Assembly: GCA_963674965.2 (NCBI GenBank) | Contig: CAXXFL010000001.1 | Span: 960,001 to 1,024,000, forward strand | DNA length: 64,000 bases | Direction of reading: 5' to 3' | DNA from: a bacterium | Lineage (GTDB): Bacteria; RBG-13-61-14; DATKZS01 | Part shown: positions 42,905-52,578 of the stretch, piece by piece | Layout: every line of letters starts with the position of its first letter | How positions within the stretch are numbered: position 1 is the first letter of the stretch | The notes under the pieces: model-generated | Seen by the model: the letters and a program-made list of their open reading frames with translations, nothing else | What the model was told of the DNA's origin: nothing | Databases searched by the model: none | Position numbers and translations under genes: made by a program

Positions 42905-44668
42905 GGGGATCGCCTCCTCGTCGATAAGCTCCCAGATTTCCACAGCGTGCTTGTCCACCTCATGGACGAATAATCCCTCCCTTTGGCTTTGCGCCAGTTT
43001 GTCGGCCGAGTCCTCGTCCATGACCTTTATCTGGCCCTCGTCATCTTTTCCCGACAGGATGGCCTTGACGGCGTAGGCCCTGGTGAACCATTCGGCGTTC
43101 TTGATCGGCCCCTCCACGGCCTCCCACCACTCGGCCGAGTGGTGAAGGACTAAAAGCTCGGGTTTATATTCCCTTATCCACCAGGTCATGTCGCCCATGG
43201 CCAGCATGCCCGCCGCGCCGGGCGTGGGTATGCCGCATTGATCGATGATTAGCATATCGGGCAGGTAATAGCCCAGAACTCCAATCTCGTGGGCGCCCAC
43301 GGACGAGACCTCGGGCGCGTTACCGCTGATCCACTTGGCGGTGGCGCGATAATACTCGTACTGAGTGCCGGGAATCTGGGTCAGATTCAGATAGGAATTC
43401 CAATGCCTGGGCAGATAGGCCGAGGCCACGACGGCGATGGTCACCATCGTCACCGCAACCGCGTGGTTGCGAAGGCGGGGCAAGCACATGGCCGCGCCTC
43501 CCATGATAATCGCCGCGTATCCCAGGGCGTGGCCAAGATGGATGGGGTTAAAGAGCTTGCCGATTATGGGAATAAAGCCGGTGGTGGCGGAAAATAGCCA
43601 GACCGTCAGGCAAGCGGCCCCCGCGATAACGAAGGAACCGCAGGGCTCGAGGGAGACGGAAAGACGGTTCACTGCCCGGCCCGCCCCTATGCCCAATACC
43701 ACCGCTCCCATCACGTGCAGGGGAGCGAAATACCAGGTATAAGGCGGGACCTTAAGCACGACGCCGTAGGCCAGAAGATGGAGAAGCGCCCATAAAAAAA
43801 TAAGGATAGGCCAGGGCTTTCGGTTTCTAATCGACCAGTAAAAGCCCGTTCCCACGCAGACGGCTATTATGAGTCCCGTTAGGTCGGGCGGCCATAAAAA
43901 GTTCTTTATGGTTTTATACAGAGCGAAAAGGAACATCCACTCGTTGCCCCAGTGTCCGCCGGCCGAACTCTGGGAAATTTTGACGGATAGGGTATGGGGA
44001 AGAAGCTGTCCGAAGTACAGATATGAGAAAATAAACCAGGGCGTGACCACTAAAACGGGGGCCAGAATGGAGGCGAGGGGCGGTGGCTTTCTCTCCTTGA
44101 TCAGATAATGGCCGAGCGCGAGAAAGCCCAGAATGGCCGCGTCCATCCTGACCATGACCGCCAAGCCGAACAAGGCGCCCCCCAGCGTCATCTTGCCCCG
44201 AGAATAAAAATAAAGGCCGGCCGAGCATGCCGCCACAAGAAGGCCAGTTTCCAGGCCCATGCTCTGGAGGAGCTTGGGGTGGACCATGACCAGCATGCCC
44301 GCCAGGTAACCGCCAGGATAAATCTCGTCGTCGTTTAAAAGTTTCCCCAAAAAGATGGCGCCGAGAAATAGCCCGAACATGGTCAAGGACGCGCCTATCT
44401 GGCGGAAACCGGCCCCCGTAATCCGGTGGATGGCGGCCAGGGTCGCCGTGGAGAAGGGAGAGGTAACGGCGTTGATCTTCTCGCCCGGATTGTAGACCCA
44501 GCCCTTGGCGTCGGCAATGTTCCGGGCCACGCGGTAGGTAATAAAAGGATCGTCAATGGCGTACCTGTTGAATCGGTAGCCGATGGCGATTCCAAACACG
44601 ACGGCCACGGCGAGCCAGATAAGGTCACGACGATTGATGCGAGTATAAAAACCGGATAACGTTGGCAT
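42896..44668 (-). CDS. GT-C superfamily multi-pass membrane glycosyltransferase
   Basis: IDDPFITYRVARN...GWVYNPGE...TSP after the first TM helix; GLET, RMD, PHT..K, IG..GYY; many TM helices. Confidence 0.75.
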   Translation of the reverse strand: MPTLSGFYTRINRRDLIWLAVAVVFGIAIGYRFNRYAIDDPFITYRVARNIADAKGWVYNPGEKINAVTSPFSTATLAAIHRITGAGFRQIGASLTMFGLFLGAIFLGKLLNDDEIYPGGYLAGMLVMVHPKLLQSMGLETGLLVAACSAGLYFYSRGKMTLGGALFGLAVMVRMDAAILGFLALGHYLIKERKPPPLASILAPVLVVTPWFIFSYLYFGQLLPHTLSVKISQSSAGGHWGNEWMFLFALYKTIKNFLWPPDLTGLIIAVCVGTGFYWSIRNRKPWPILIFLWALLHLLAYGVVLKVPPYTWYFAPLHVMGAVVLGIGAGRAVNRLSVSLEPCGSFVIAGAACLTVWLFSATTGFIPIIGKLFNPIHLGHALGYAAIIMGGAAMCLPRLRNHAVAVTMVTIAVVASAYLPRHWNSYLNLTQIPGTQYEYYRATAKWISGNAPEVSSVGAHEIGVLGYYLPDMLIIDQCGIPTPGAAGMLAMGDMTWWIREYKPELLVLHHSAEWWEAVEGPIKNAEWFTRAYAVKAILSGKDDEGQIKVMDEDSADKLAQSQREGLFVHEVDKHAVEIWELIDEEAIPSP

Positions 44669-44890
44669 GATTTTCTTAAAATATAATAGCTCACGCCATC
44701 TTCTTTGGCAACGTAAAAATAGGTCCCTTTTTTCCTTGATCAGATGAAGGGGCCTTGGCCGAGGTAAGCCCGGGAGGCATTCCTTACTTTCATTACCAAG
44801 GCGGAGTCATTCTTGTATTTTCTTCGATGCCCGTTTTTGATTCGAGACTTAAAATCTGATAACTTCGATATCGCCCGCCGTCTTGACGGC

Positions 44891-44903
44891 CCTGAATTTC
44901 AGG
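44891..44903. promoter_or_regulatory. Candidate operator palindrome upstream of acd-etfBA
   Basis: CCTGAA-T-TTCAGG perfect dyad just after a TTGACG hexamer (44883-44888) and 17 nt before the acd ATG. Confidence 0.45.
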
Positions 44904-44920
44904 TCATTAAAGGATATCGA

Positions 44921-46060
44921 ATGGATTCCTTTTTATCGGAAAAACAACGCCTGGTCCGGAGGTCCGCACGCGCTTTTTGCGATCGCGAGTTGGCCCCCAT
45001 CGCCAAGGACGTCGATCAGGAAGCCCGCTTTCCCTGGGAAGTGGTGGAAAAAATGGGCAAGCTGGGCTATTTCGGCCTTCAGGTCCCGGCCGAGCTTGGC
45101 GGCTCGGGCCTTGACTCGATAAGCTCGGCGATCGTGGTGGAGGAGGTATCGCGGGCCAGCGCCGGCGTGGGTCTTTGCGTTTCCGTCCACAACGCCGTGG
45201 CGGTATATCCTATTTTGGCCTTTGGGACCGATGAACAAAAGAAAAGGTTCATACCTGCCCTGGCCCGGGGCGAGAAGATCGGGGCCTTTTGCCTTACCGA
45301 GCCCAACGCCGGCTCCGACGCCTCGGGCATCGAGGCCTCGGCCATACGGGACGGCGGCCATTTCGTGGTCAACGCCAACAAGGTCTACGTGACCAACGGC
45401 GGGGCGGCCGACGTTTTCCTCATCTTCGCCCGCACCGATCCCAAGGCGGGCCGCAAGGGCATCAGCGTGATAATAGTCGAGCGCGGCGCCCCGGGCCTGG
45501 TGGTGGGAGACCTGGAGGACCTGTGCGGGATGCGGGCCAACCCCGTCAGCTCGGTTCGACTTTACGACTGCCGGGTCCCGGTGGGGAACCTGCTCGGCAA
45601 GGAGGGGCAGGGGCTGAACATAGGACTGGCCGGCCTGGACGTGGGCAGGATCGGAATAGCGGCCCAGGCCCTGGGGATCTCCCAGGCGGCCCTCGAGGCG
45701 GGCATAAGATACGCCAAGCAGCGGAGGCAGTTCGGGGCGCCTATCGCCAAACACCAGGGCATCCAGATGATGATCGCCGACATGGCCACCCAGGTCGAGT
45801 CGGCCCGGCTCATGATTTACAACGCGGCCGCTCTCAAGGACAGTGGGGCGCCCTTTGGACGTCAGGCGGCCATGGCCAAGCTTTACGCCTCCGAAGTATC
45901 GAGCAAGGTCACGGACGCGGCCATCCAGATACACGGGGGCTATGGTTACTCGAAATCCTACCACGTCGAGAGATACTATCGCGACGCCAGGGTAACCAGG
46001 ATTTACGAGGGCTCGGCCGAGGTCCACAGGATGGTCATCGCCAGGGGAGTGCTGACGTGA
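44921..46060 (+). CDS. Acyl-CoA dehydrogenase (short-chain/Bcd-like)
   Basis: FCLTEPNAGSDA, GRIGIAAQALG, RRQFGAPI, QIHGGYGY, ERYYRDA, IYEG; ATG 44921 after AAGGA. Confidence 0.95.
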   Translation: MDSFLSEKQRLVRRSARAFCDRELAPIAKDVDQEARFPWEVVEKMGKLGYFGLQVPAELGGSGLDSISSAIVVEEVSRASAGVGLCVSVHNAVAVYPILAFGTDEQKKRFIPALARGEKIGAFCLTEPNAGSDASGIEASAIRDGGHFVVNANKVYVTNGGAADVFLIFARTDPKAGRKGISVIIVERGAPGLVVGDLEDLCGMRANPVSSVRLYDCRVPVGNLLGKEGQGLNIGLAGLDVGRIGIAAQALGISQAALEAGIRYAKQRRQFGAPIAKHQGIQMMIADMATQVESARLMIYNAAALKDSGAPFGRQAAMAKLYASEVSSKVTDAAIQIHGGYGYSKSYHVERYYRDARVTRIYEGSAEVHRMVIARGVLT

Positions 46061-46100
46061 AACCGTTATATGCAGAGCCCGCCTTTTGCGGGAAAAGACC

Positions 46101-46886
46101 ATGAACGTAATCGCGTGCGTCAAGTCAGTCGTCAAGGTCGGCTCGGTAAAGGGGCTCAAGTCCCGCGCTCCCATTGAAAGGGGGCCGGAGGGTACCGAGC
46201 TTAACCCGTTCGACCGGGTCGCCATCGAGGCCGCGCTCCGGCTGAGGGAGGCCGGCGGCAAGGTCACCGCCTTGTCCATGGGACCCGAGGCCGCCTCCGG
46301 CGCCTTGATGGAAACCATGGCCATGGGGGCGGACGGCGGCGTTCTGATTTGCGATCCGGCCATCGCCGGCTCCGATACTCTAGCCACATCCCGCATCCTG
46401 GCGGCGGCGATCAATAAGATCGGGGATTTCGACCTTGTGCTCTTCGGCGTACGGACCTCTGACAGCGACACGGGACAGGTGGGGCCGCAGGTGGCCGCGG
46501 CGCTGGGACTACCCTTTATCGGGGCCGCCATGAAAATTGAGACCGACAAGGAAGGGCTGAGGGTCGACCGGTCGGCCGACGGTTTCCTCGAGACCTACCG
46601 GCTCCGTACGCCGGCCGCCATAAGTCTACATCCGGCCTCGTCCGCGCCTCGCGACGTTCCCTTTGGCGGCATAGAAACAACGTACGCCTCGGGGAAAATC
46701 ACCAGGTGGGACCTGGCCGACCTGGGACTTGGTCCCGCCCAGGTGGGATGGAACGGGTCCCCCACCCGGGTCCTCAACATGGTCGGAGTGGAACGGGACA
46801 GGAAGTGCGAGTTCCTCGAGGGTTCTCCCGACGAGAAGGCCGAGGCCCTGGTGAAAAAACTTATCGGCTCCGGACTGATCGGATAA
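46101..46886 (+). CDS. etfB: Electron transfer flavoprotein beta subunit
   Basis: ACVKSV, NPFD..AIEAAL, SMGP, AMGAD, GSDTLATS, DSDTGQVG, GSPTRV. Confidence 0.93.
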   Translation: MNVIACVKSVVKVGSVKGLKSRAPIERGPEGTELNPFDRVAIEAALRLREAGGKVTALSMGPEAASGALMETMAMGADGGVLICDPAIAGSDTLATSRILAAAINKIGDFDLVLFGVRTSDSDTGQVGPQVAAALGLPFIGAAMKIETDKEGLRVDRSADGFLETYRLRTPAAISLHPASSAPRDVPFGGIETTYASGKITRWDLADLGLGPAQVGWNGSPTRVLNMVGVERDRKCEFLEGSPDEKAEALVKKLIGSGLIG

Positions 46887-46928
46887 TAGGCGAGCGACTC
46901 AAGATTATATTGGAGCCTGGAGACATGG

Positions 46929-48551
46929 ATGAAGGACGGCGGCGAAGTTTGGGTATACTGCGATCTTAGAAGCGAGCGGCTTTTCGGGCTGAGCCTGAAG
47001 ACCCTGGCCAAGAGCAGGGGACTGGCAGGAGAGCTGGGCGTCAAGTGCGTGGCCCTCCTGGCGGGATCGTCCCAAGGCATGCCCGGCGGATGCGAGGGCC
47101 TGGCCATGTCCCGCCTGGACCTGGAAGACGCGGCGCAAAAGCTGATCGGCCACGGCGCTGACGAGGTCTACGTGATGGACGACCCGGCCCTGGCCACGCC
47201 CAGGACCGACGTTTACGCCGGCATGATGAGCTCGCTTATCAAGTTTTACAAGCCCCGCCTGGTGATCTTCGCTTTGACCGACTTCGGCCGGGAGGTCGCC
47301 GCCATGGCCGCCTGGACGCTGCAAGTCGGCCTCATCTCCCACTGCGTCGACCTTCGGGTGGACGAGGGAGGAATAGTCGCGAGCTGCCCGGCCTGGGGCG
47401 GCGAGGTCATGGCCGAGATTTATTTCGCCAAGGGCCAGAAGACCGGCCTCGCCACCCTTGCCCCCCACGCCTTCACCGCCGTCGAGGCGGCGGGCGACCC
47501 GGGACTGGTCCGCATGATCGACTCGATCGATATCGCGTGCTCCGGCGGGGCCGAGCTGGTTTCCTGCGCTCCCCTTTCCCGGCGGGAGGGAAGCATCGAG
47601 GACGCCGAGGTAATAGTGTGCGGAGGCGCCGGTCTCGGCGGCGTCGAGGGCTTCAGCCTGGTACACGACCTGGCCCGGGCCATCGGCGGCGAGGTCGGGG
47701 CCACCCGGCCGCCGGTCCTCCAGCACTGGGTCGAGGAATCGAGACTGATCGGGCAGACGGGCAAGACGGTCCGTCCCCGCCTCCTCGTTTCAGTGGGAAC
47801 CTCCGGCGCCGTGCAGTACACCGCCGGCATAGCCGAGTCGGGCTACGTGGTGGCCATCAACCGCGACCCCGAGGCGCCCATCTTCGAGGTGGCCGACCTG
47901 GGAGTGGTGGCCGAGGCCAAGTCGTTCCTGCCCATGGTGACCGACCGGGCCAGGAAAGCCCTGATGAGGAAACTGGCCGACCTGCTCGGCGAGGGACGCG
48001 GGCCCGCCGAGGAAGGCGATAAAAGCTTCGGCGCCAAGGTCCGGGCCATGCGGGAGGCCCACGGCATGAGCGTTATCGACATGTCCAAGGCCACGGGCAA
48101 GTCTCCCGAGTTCATCGGCCAGGTCGAGAGCGGGGAGGTCACCCCCTCGGTCAGCTTCCTGCTCAGTCTCGCCCGCGCCCTGGGCGTGGACCCCAGCGCC
48201 TTTTTGACCGACGAGGAAAAGACGAAGCTGAAGGACGCCCGCTCCCAGGCCTTCCAGACCCGGACGCAAAACTACAGCTACCAGACCCTGACGCCCGGGG
48301 CGTCCAACGAGCATCTGCGCGCCTTCATGATAACCATCGAGCCCAAAAGCGCGCACAAACCCGTGGCCTACAAGCACGAGGGCGAGGAGTTCATCTTTAT
48401 TCTGGAGGGCGAGCTGGAACTAAGGCTCGGGGAAAAGGTCCATCACTTAAAGCCCGGCGAGAACATCCACTTCGACTCCGAGATACCCCACAAGCTCAAA
48501 AGCCTGTCGGACGATCCCACCAAGTGCCTGGTGATTCTCTATACGCCATGA
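46929..48551 (+). CDS. etfA: Electron transfer flavoprotein alpha subunit fused to XRE-HTH and cupin domains
   Basis: EtfA FAD motifs GGAG, GATRP, IGQTGKTV.P, GTSGAVQY, AINRDPEAPIF; then an HTH (FGAKVRAMRE...QVESGEVTPS...LARALGV) and a cupin (HEGEEF...PGE.IHFDSEIPH). Confidence 0.92.
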   Translation: MKDGGEVWVYCDLRSERLFGLSLKTLAKSRGLAGELGVKCVALLAGSSQGMPGGCEGLAMSRLDLEDAAQKLIGHGADEVYVMDDPALATPRTDVYAGMMSSLIKFYKPRLVIFALTDFGREVAAMAAWTLQVGLISHCVDLRVDEGGIVASCPAWGGEVMAEIYFAKGQKTGLATLAPHAFTAVEAAGDPGLVRMIDSIDIACSGGAELVSCAPLSRREGSIEDAEVIVCGGAGLGGVEGFSLVHDLARAIGGEVGATRPPVLQHWVEESRLIGQTGKTVRPRLLVSVGTSGAVQYTAGIAESGYVVAINRDPEAPIFEVADLGVVAEAKSFLPMVTDRARKALMRKLADLLGEGRGPAEEGDKSFGAKVRAMREAHGMSVIDMSKATGKSPEFIGQVESGEVTPSVSFLLSLARALGVDPSAFLTDEEKTKLKDARSQAFQTRTQNYSYQTLTPGASNEHLRAFMITIEPKSAHKPVAYKHEGEEFIFILEGELELRLGEKVHHLKPGENIHFDSEIPHKLKSLSDDPTKCLVILYTP

Positions 48552-48659
48552 GGAAGGCCCAAAGGTTACCTTCACCGCGGCATGTCCCAGAAGGGATCGG
48601 ATTCGAATAGCCGCGTTCCTTGCCTGCGAAACGCGTCAAATCTGAAAAGAGAGAATTTC

Positions 48660-49808
48660 ATGCGAAGCATCTACCTTGACCATAACGCCACGACCCGGCC
48701 CGATCCTCTGGTGGTCGAGGCCTGTCGGGAGGCCTTGGAGGAGAGCTGGGGCAACCCCTCGAGCGGGCACTGGCACGGGAAGAAGGCCCGGGCCGTCCTG
48801 GAGGGGGCCAGGGAGGAGGTGGCGTCCCTGCTCGGGGCCAGGGCCTCGGAAATCCTTTTCACCAGCGGAGGGACGGAGGCCAACCACCTGGCCCTGGTGG
48901 GCGCTTTCCTTCACCCATCGAGAAAGATCGAGCGCGTGGTGGTCTCGGCCATCGAGCATCCCTCCGTGCTCGAGTCCGTCTCGAGCCTCAACTCTCACGG
49001 CGTCGAGGTAGTCGAGATAGGAGTGGACCGGAAAGGCCGGGTCGATCCCGAGGAGGTGGGCGCGGCCATAATCGGCGCCAACGCTTTAGTCACGGTCATG
49101 GCGGCCAACAACGAGACGGGCGTGATCCAGCCGATCGGGGAAATCGCGTCAATCTCGAGGGCCAAGGGCGCCCTGTTCCACGTTGACGCCGTGCAGTGCG
49201 TGGGCAAGATAAAGGTGGACGTGAACGATTGGGACGTGGACCTATTAAGCCTGGCGGGCCACAAGTTTTACGGTCCCAAGGGCGTGGGTTGTCTTTTCAT
49301 CCGTGAGGGAACGGCCATAAGTGGCGTCAACGTTGGCGGCGGCCAGGAGCGGGGACTGCGAGGAGGCACGGAGAACGTTCCCGCCATAGCCGGGCTGGGG
49401 GCCGCGGCGCGCCTTTCGCGGGAGGGGCAAAAGGATTGGGAGCCGCGCATGGCAAGCCTTAGGGATGAATTCGAGAGGACGCTTCTCGACAATATCTCTG
49501 ACGCCAAGGTCCACGGCGACCGGGACCACCGGCTTCCCAACACCTCGAACATGTCCTTTATGGGGGCCAATGGCGAGGCGGTCATGCTCGAGCTGGACCT
49601 GGCCGGCGTCCGCGTCAGCACCGGCTCCGCCTGCCACGCCGGGTCATCGGGGCTGAGCCGCGTCCACCGGGCCATGGGGCTGTCGCCTGAGGAGGGCGAG
49701 GCGACGCTCAGGTTCTCGCTGGGAAAAGACACGACCGCCGAGGAGCTGGAGACGGCGGCGGGCCTGGTTATCAAGTCGGTCGAAAGGATTCGAGCCATCG
49801 CCGGCTGA
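48660..49808 (+). CDS. iscS: Cysteine desulfurase, group I (IscS/NifS type)
   Basis: IYLDHNATT, GNPSS, FTSGGTEAN, ANNETG, HKFYGPKG, STGSAC; ATG 48660. Confidence 0.92.
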   Translation: MRSIYLDHNATTRPDPLVVEACREALEESWGNPSSGHWHGKKARAVLEGAREEVASLLGARASEILFTSGGTEANHLALVGAFLHPSRKIERVVVSAIEHPSVLESVSSLNSHGVEVVEIGVDRKGRVDPEEVGAAIIGANALVTVMAANNETGVIQPIGEIASISRAKGALFHVDAVQCVGKIKVDVNDWDVDLLSLAGHKFYGPKGVGCLFIREGTAISGVNVGGGQERGLRGGTENVPAIAGLGAAARLSREGQKDWEPRMASLRDEFERTLLDNISDAKVHGDRDHRLPNTSNMSFMGANGEAVMLELDLAGVRVSTGSACHAGSSGLSRVHRAMGLSPEEGEATLRFSLGKDTTAEELETAAGLVIKSVERIRAIAG

Positions 49809-49813
49809 AGAGA

Positions 49814-51703
49814 TTATTCGTTCCAGCCGTAATCGAGGCTGATGACGGTCTCGCGCCGAGGGTCCTCGATTCCGATGAAGCCGACGGGGTCGTCCCCCAT
49901 CATGACCCTGACCAGGCGGCTGGGAGGAGCGGCCCGTAGCCTCGGGTGCCAGTGATAGGAAATCACCACCCTCCCCTTCGCGGGAACCACGTTTTTTAGA
50001 ACGATCCGGTTGAAGTCGGTATAAGCCTCGCCGGAGCCGACAAGGAAAAAGGAAGTCTCCCGCTTGACCTTGTAGAAGGCCACGCCTCCGGCCTCTCCGC
50101 TTCGCTCGAACAGCCCGGGAAAATCTTCAAGCAGCTTCTTCGCGCCTTTTGTCGAGGCCCCGGCCCAGGCCACGTTGTAAAGGTCCATGGCCTCGGACAA
50201 TGAGCGCTCGTCCCATTCCCCGAACCTCTTGCCGAAAAGCGTCGCGCCCGAGAAATCTGCGTGATGGTGCAGAAGGTGAGTCATCCAGTGGGGTCCCCCA
50301 ATAATTTCCCTGCCCGAATAATAAGCGATAGGCGCGGCCGGGAAAGTGTCGCCGTGCAATTTATTGAAAGGCCCCCTGTCCTCGAGCAGAAGCCGTCCAC
50401 TCCGGTCGGTGTTGTTTTCGGCCCACCGGATAACCTTGGCGAGAGATTCGGGCATTCCCACCAGTTTAGGGCCGCCCAGAATAATCAGCTTAAGGGGAGA
50501 CGCTAAAAAGACGATCAGCGAAAAACCGGCAATCAATAGCCCGGCGCCTCTGGCCTTGAAAGAAAATCCGCCCGCGGAAGACCTCCATTGTGAAATCCAC
50601 GCCATGAATCCCTCGGCCGCCGCCGGACAAAGAAAGAACAAAAGCGGCAGGCCGTACCTTGACGGCTGGGTCTTGTCGATTACGGGTAAAAGGGAGCCGA
50701 AGAAGCAGATGATAAATAGACCCAGGAAAGTCCACAAGGTCATATGGAAGAGGTCGCTCTTTTGTGCGATTTTAAAGCGCCTTGCGCCGGAGTAAGCGGC
50801 GAAAGGCAGGACCCAGACGATGAACTGAAGCCCCGAGAGGCCGTCCGCGAAAATGGCCGCGATCAAGGGCGCGGGATTCTGAAGGTGTGAGGTCGATGGA
50901 AAGGCGAACCGAAGATTCATCCATTGCGGAAGAATCCATAGCAGGTTGGCCATGACCGCCAATAAAGCCGAGAGCGCGATGGCGGCGTGACTTGACGGCT
51001 TGAGTGACCTGAAGCGGAATATATAAAGCGTCCCGCAGGGAATGACGATAATCGGCGCCACGCCGGGATGTATAAAAAGGGCCAGGGCCGCGGCCGCGGT
51101 AAGGGCGATGAAATTCAAAGCCGATATCCTTAGCAGAAAGCGGTTGAAGAGCCCGGCGAAAAAGACCGCGTAAGCGCCGGCCAGCCCGAAGCCGACCAGT
51201 CCCACCTGGAAGGTCGCCGCTCCCCCGCCGGCCCACCATGCCCATGTCCCGATCAGGGCCGAGGCGGCCGAGGATTCTTTTCTCATGCCCAAAAAGACCG
51301 CGCCCAGGTAAAACAGGGGCGCCGCAGCGAAAGCCATGGCGAAGACTATCAGCTTGTACGCGGTCTCGGGCCGGGCCGATCCGGCCAGGGCCATGCAAAG
51401 CTTTATCGTCCGGTCGCTGGTGTCGAAGACGTCGGTCGGGTAGCCGGCCATCATGTACGGGTCGTAGCCCCAGGTCTCGAGGTGGTCGCGCAGTAAATTT
51501 CCTCCCACCACGCCGTAGTAAAAGTGCCAGGAGTGATCGTCATAAAGCATGGGCTCGGAAGAAAGAATCTTGCCGGGTCCGCCGAAAAAAGCGATCAGAT
51601 ATATAAAGTGAAAGGCGAAGGTAAAGATAACCGCCGCTCTCGCCGGCCATGCGCCTCGGCTTTCGGAAGTTTCTTTTGAATTGTCGATACCCCGGTCGTT
51701 CAT
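49814..51703 (-). CDS. Multi-pass membrane protein, probable GT-C glycosyltransferase
   Basis: YDDHSWH acidic pair after TM1, WGYDPYMMAGYP, many TM helices, soluble C-terminal domain. Confidence 0.6.
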   Translation of the reverse strand: MNDRGIDNSKETSESRGAWPARAAVIFTFAFHFIYLIAFFGGPGKILSSEPMLYDDHSWHFYYGVVGGNLLRDHLETWGYDPYMMAGYPTDVFDTSDRTIKLCMALAGSARPETAYKLIVFAMAFAAAPLFYLGAVFLGMRKESSAASALIGTWAWWAGGGAATFQVGLVGFGLAGAYAVFFAGLFNRFLLRISALNFIALTAAAALALFIHPGVAPIIVIPCGTLYIFRFRSLKPSSHAAIALSALLAVMANLLWILPQWMNLRFAFPSTSHLQNPAPLIAAIFADGLSGLQFIVWVLPFAAYSGARRFKIAQKSDLFHMTLWTFLGLFIICFFGSLLPVIDKTQPSRYGLPLLFFLCPAAAEGFMAWISQWRSSAGGFSFKARGAGLLIAGFSLIVFLASPLKLIILGGPKLVGMPESLAKVIRWAENNTDRSGRLLLEDRGPFNKLHGDTFPAAPIAYYSGREIIGGPHWMTHLLHHHADFSGATLFGKRFGEWDERSLSEAMDLYNVAWAGASTKGAKKLLEDFPGLFERSGEAGGVAFYKVKRETSFFLVGSGEAYTDFNRIVLKNVVPAKGRVVISYHWHPRLRAAPPSRLVRVMMGDDPVGFIGIEDPRRETVISLDYGWNE

Positions 51704-51800
51704 ATTTATCTTTCCAGCCCGAGCCGGAGGAGCTTTAGCCCGGCCCAGCGAAGATTCTATCTAAAACGCTCGCCTTAATAAAGTTTTGACGCTTTCCTTG

Positions 51801-51830
51801 TTGACTGTCTTCCAGGTTGGGGCATAAAAT
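51801..51830 (+). promoter_or_regulatory. Sigma70 promoter, probably producing a leaderless GT2 transcript
   Basis: TTGACT (51801-51806), 18 nt, TAAAAT (51825-51830); ATG at 51838 with no SD. Confidence 0.6.
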
Positions 51831-51837
51831 GCTCGGC

Positions 51838-52578
51838 ATGGAACCGGCGAGTCATAACCCCGAGGTCTCCGTCGTCGCTCCGGCCTATAACGAGGCGGAA
51901 AGCATCGCCGGCGTCGTGAGGGACTGGATTCAAGTCCTCGAGGGCGCGGGCGTTTCCTGGGAGATTGTCATATCCAACGACGGCAGCTCGGACAACACGG
52001 GAGAGGTACTCAAGGGCATGGGCGAGCCGAGGCTCAGGGTCCTCGAGTTCGAGAACAACGGCGGATACGGCCACGCCCTTTCCCAGGCCATGCGGGCCGC
52101 GAGGGGCGACTACGTGGTAACCATAGACTCGGACGGACAGTTCGATCTGGCCGACTTCCCGCCCCTTCTCGGTCAATTGAAAGAGGGCGGACTCGATCTG
52201 GTTACCGGGTACCGGCGCAAGAAAAAAGATTCCCTGATCAAGGTGGCGGCCGACAGGGTCTTGAACCTTATTGTAAGGATGACCTTCGGCCTGTCCCTGC
52301 GCGACACCAACTGCGCCCTTAAGGTGATGACCAAAAAAGCCGCCCACGAGATCGAGATCGAGGCTCGAGGCTTTCCCACTCCCACCGAGATAGTGGCCAA
52401 GGCCTCGATGTGCGGCATGAAACTGGGGGAGGGACCGGTCGAGCACCGGGAAAGGGCGGCGGGCCAAAGCAAGCTGAAAGCCTTTCAAAGCGCCCTGGAT
52501 TTCCTCCAGTTCCTTTTTTATCTTCGCCTTCAGTTCTTTCTGGCGAAAAGGGGCGTTCTTCAGCGGAGGCATAAATGA
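51838..52578 (+). CDS. GT2 glycosyltransferase, polyprenol-phosphate sugar synthase (DPM1/GtrB-like)
   Basis: SVVAPAYNE, NDGSSD, NGGYG.A, DSDGQF, G.R, DTNC, R.AGQSK. Confidence 0.9.
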   Translation: MEPASHNPEVSVVAPAYNEAESIAGVVRDWIQVLEGAGVSWEIVISNDGSSDNTGEVLKGMGEPRLRVLEFENNGGYGHALSQAMRAARGDYVVTIDSDGQFDLADFPPLLGQLKEGGLDLVTGYRRKKKDSLIKVAADRVLNLIVRMTFGLSLRDTNCALKVMTKKAAHEIEIEARGFPTPTEIVAKASMCGMKLGEGPVEHRERAAGQSKLKAFQSALDFLQFLFYLRLQFFLAKRGVLQRRHK

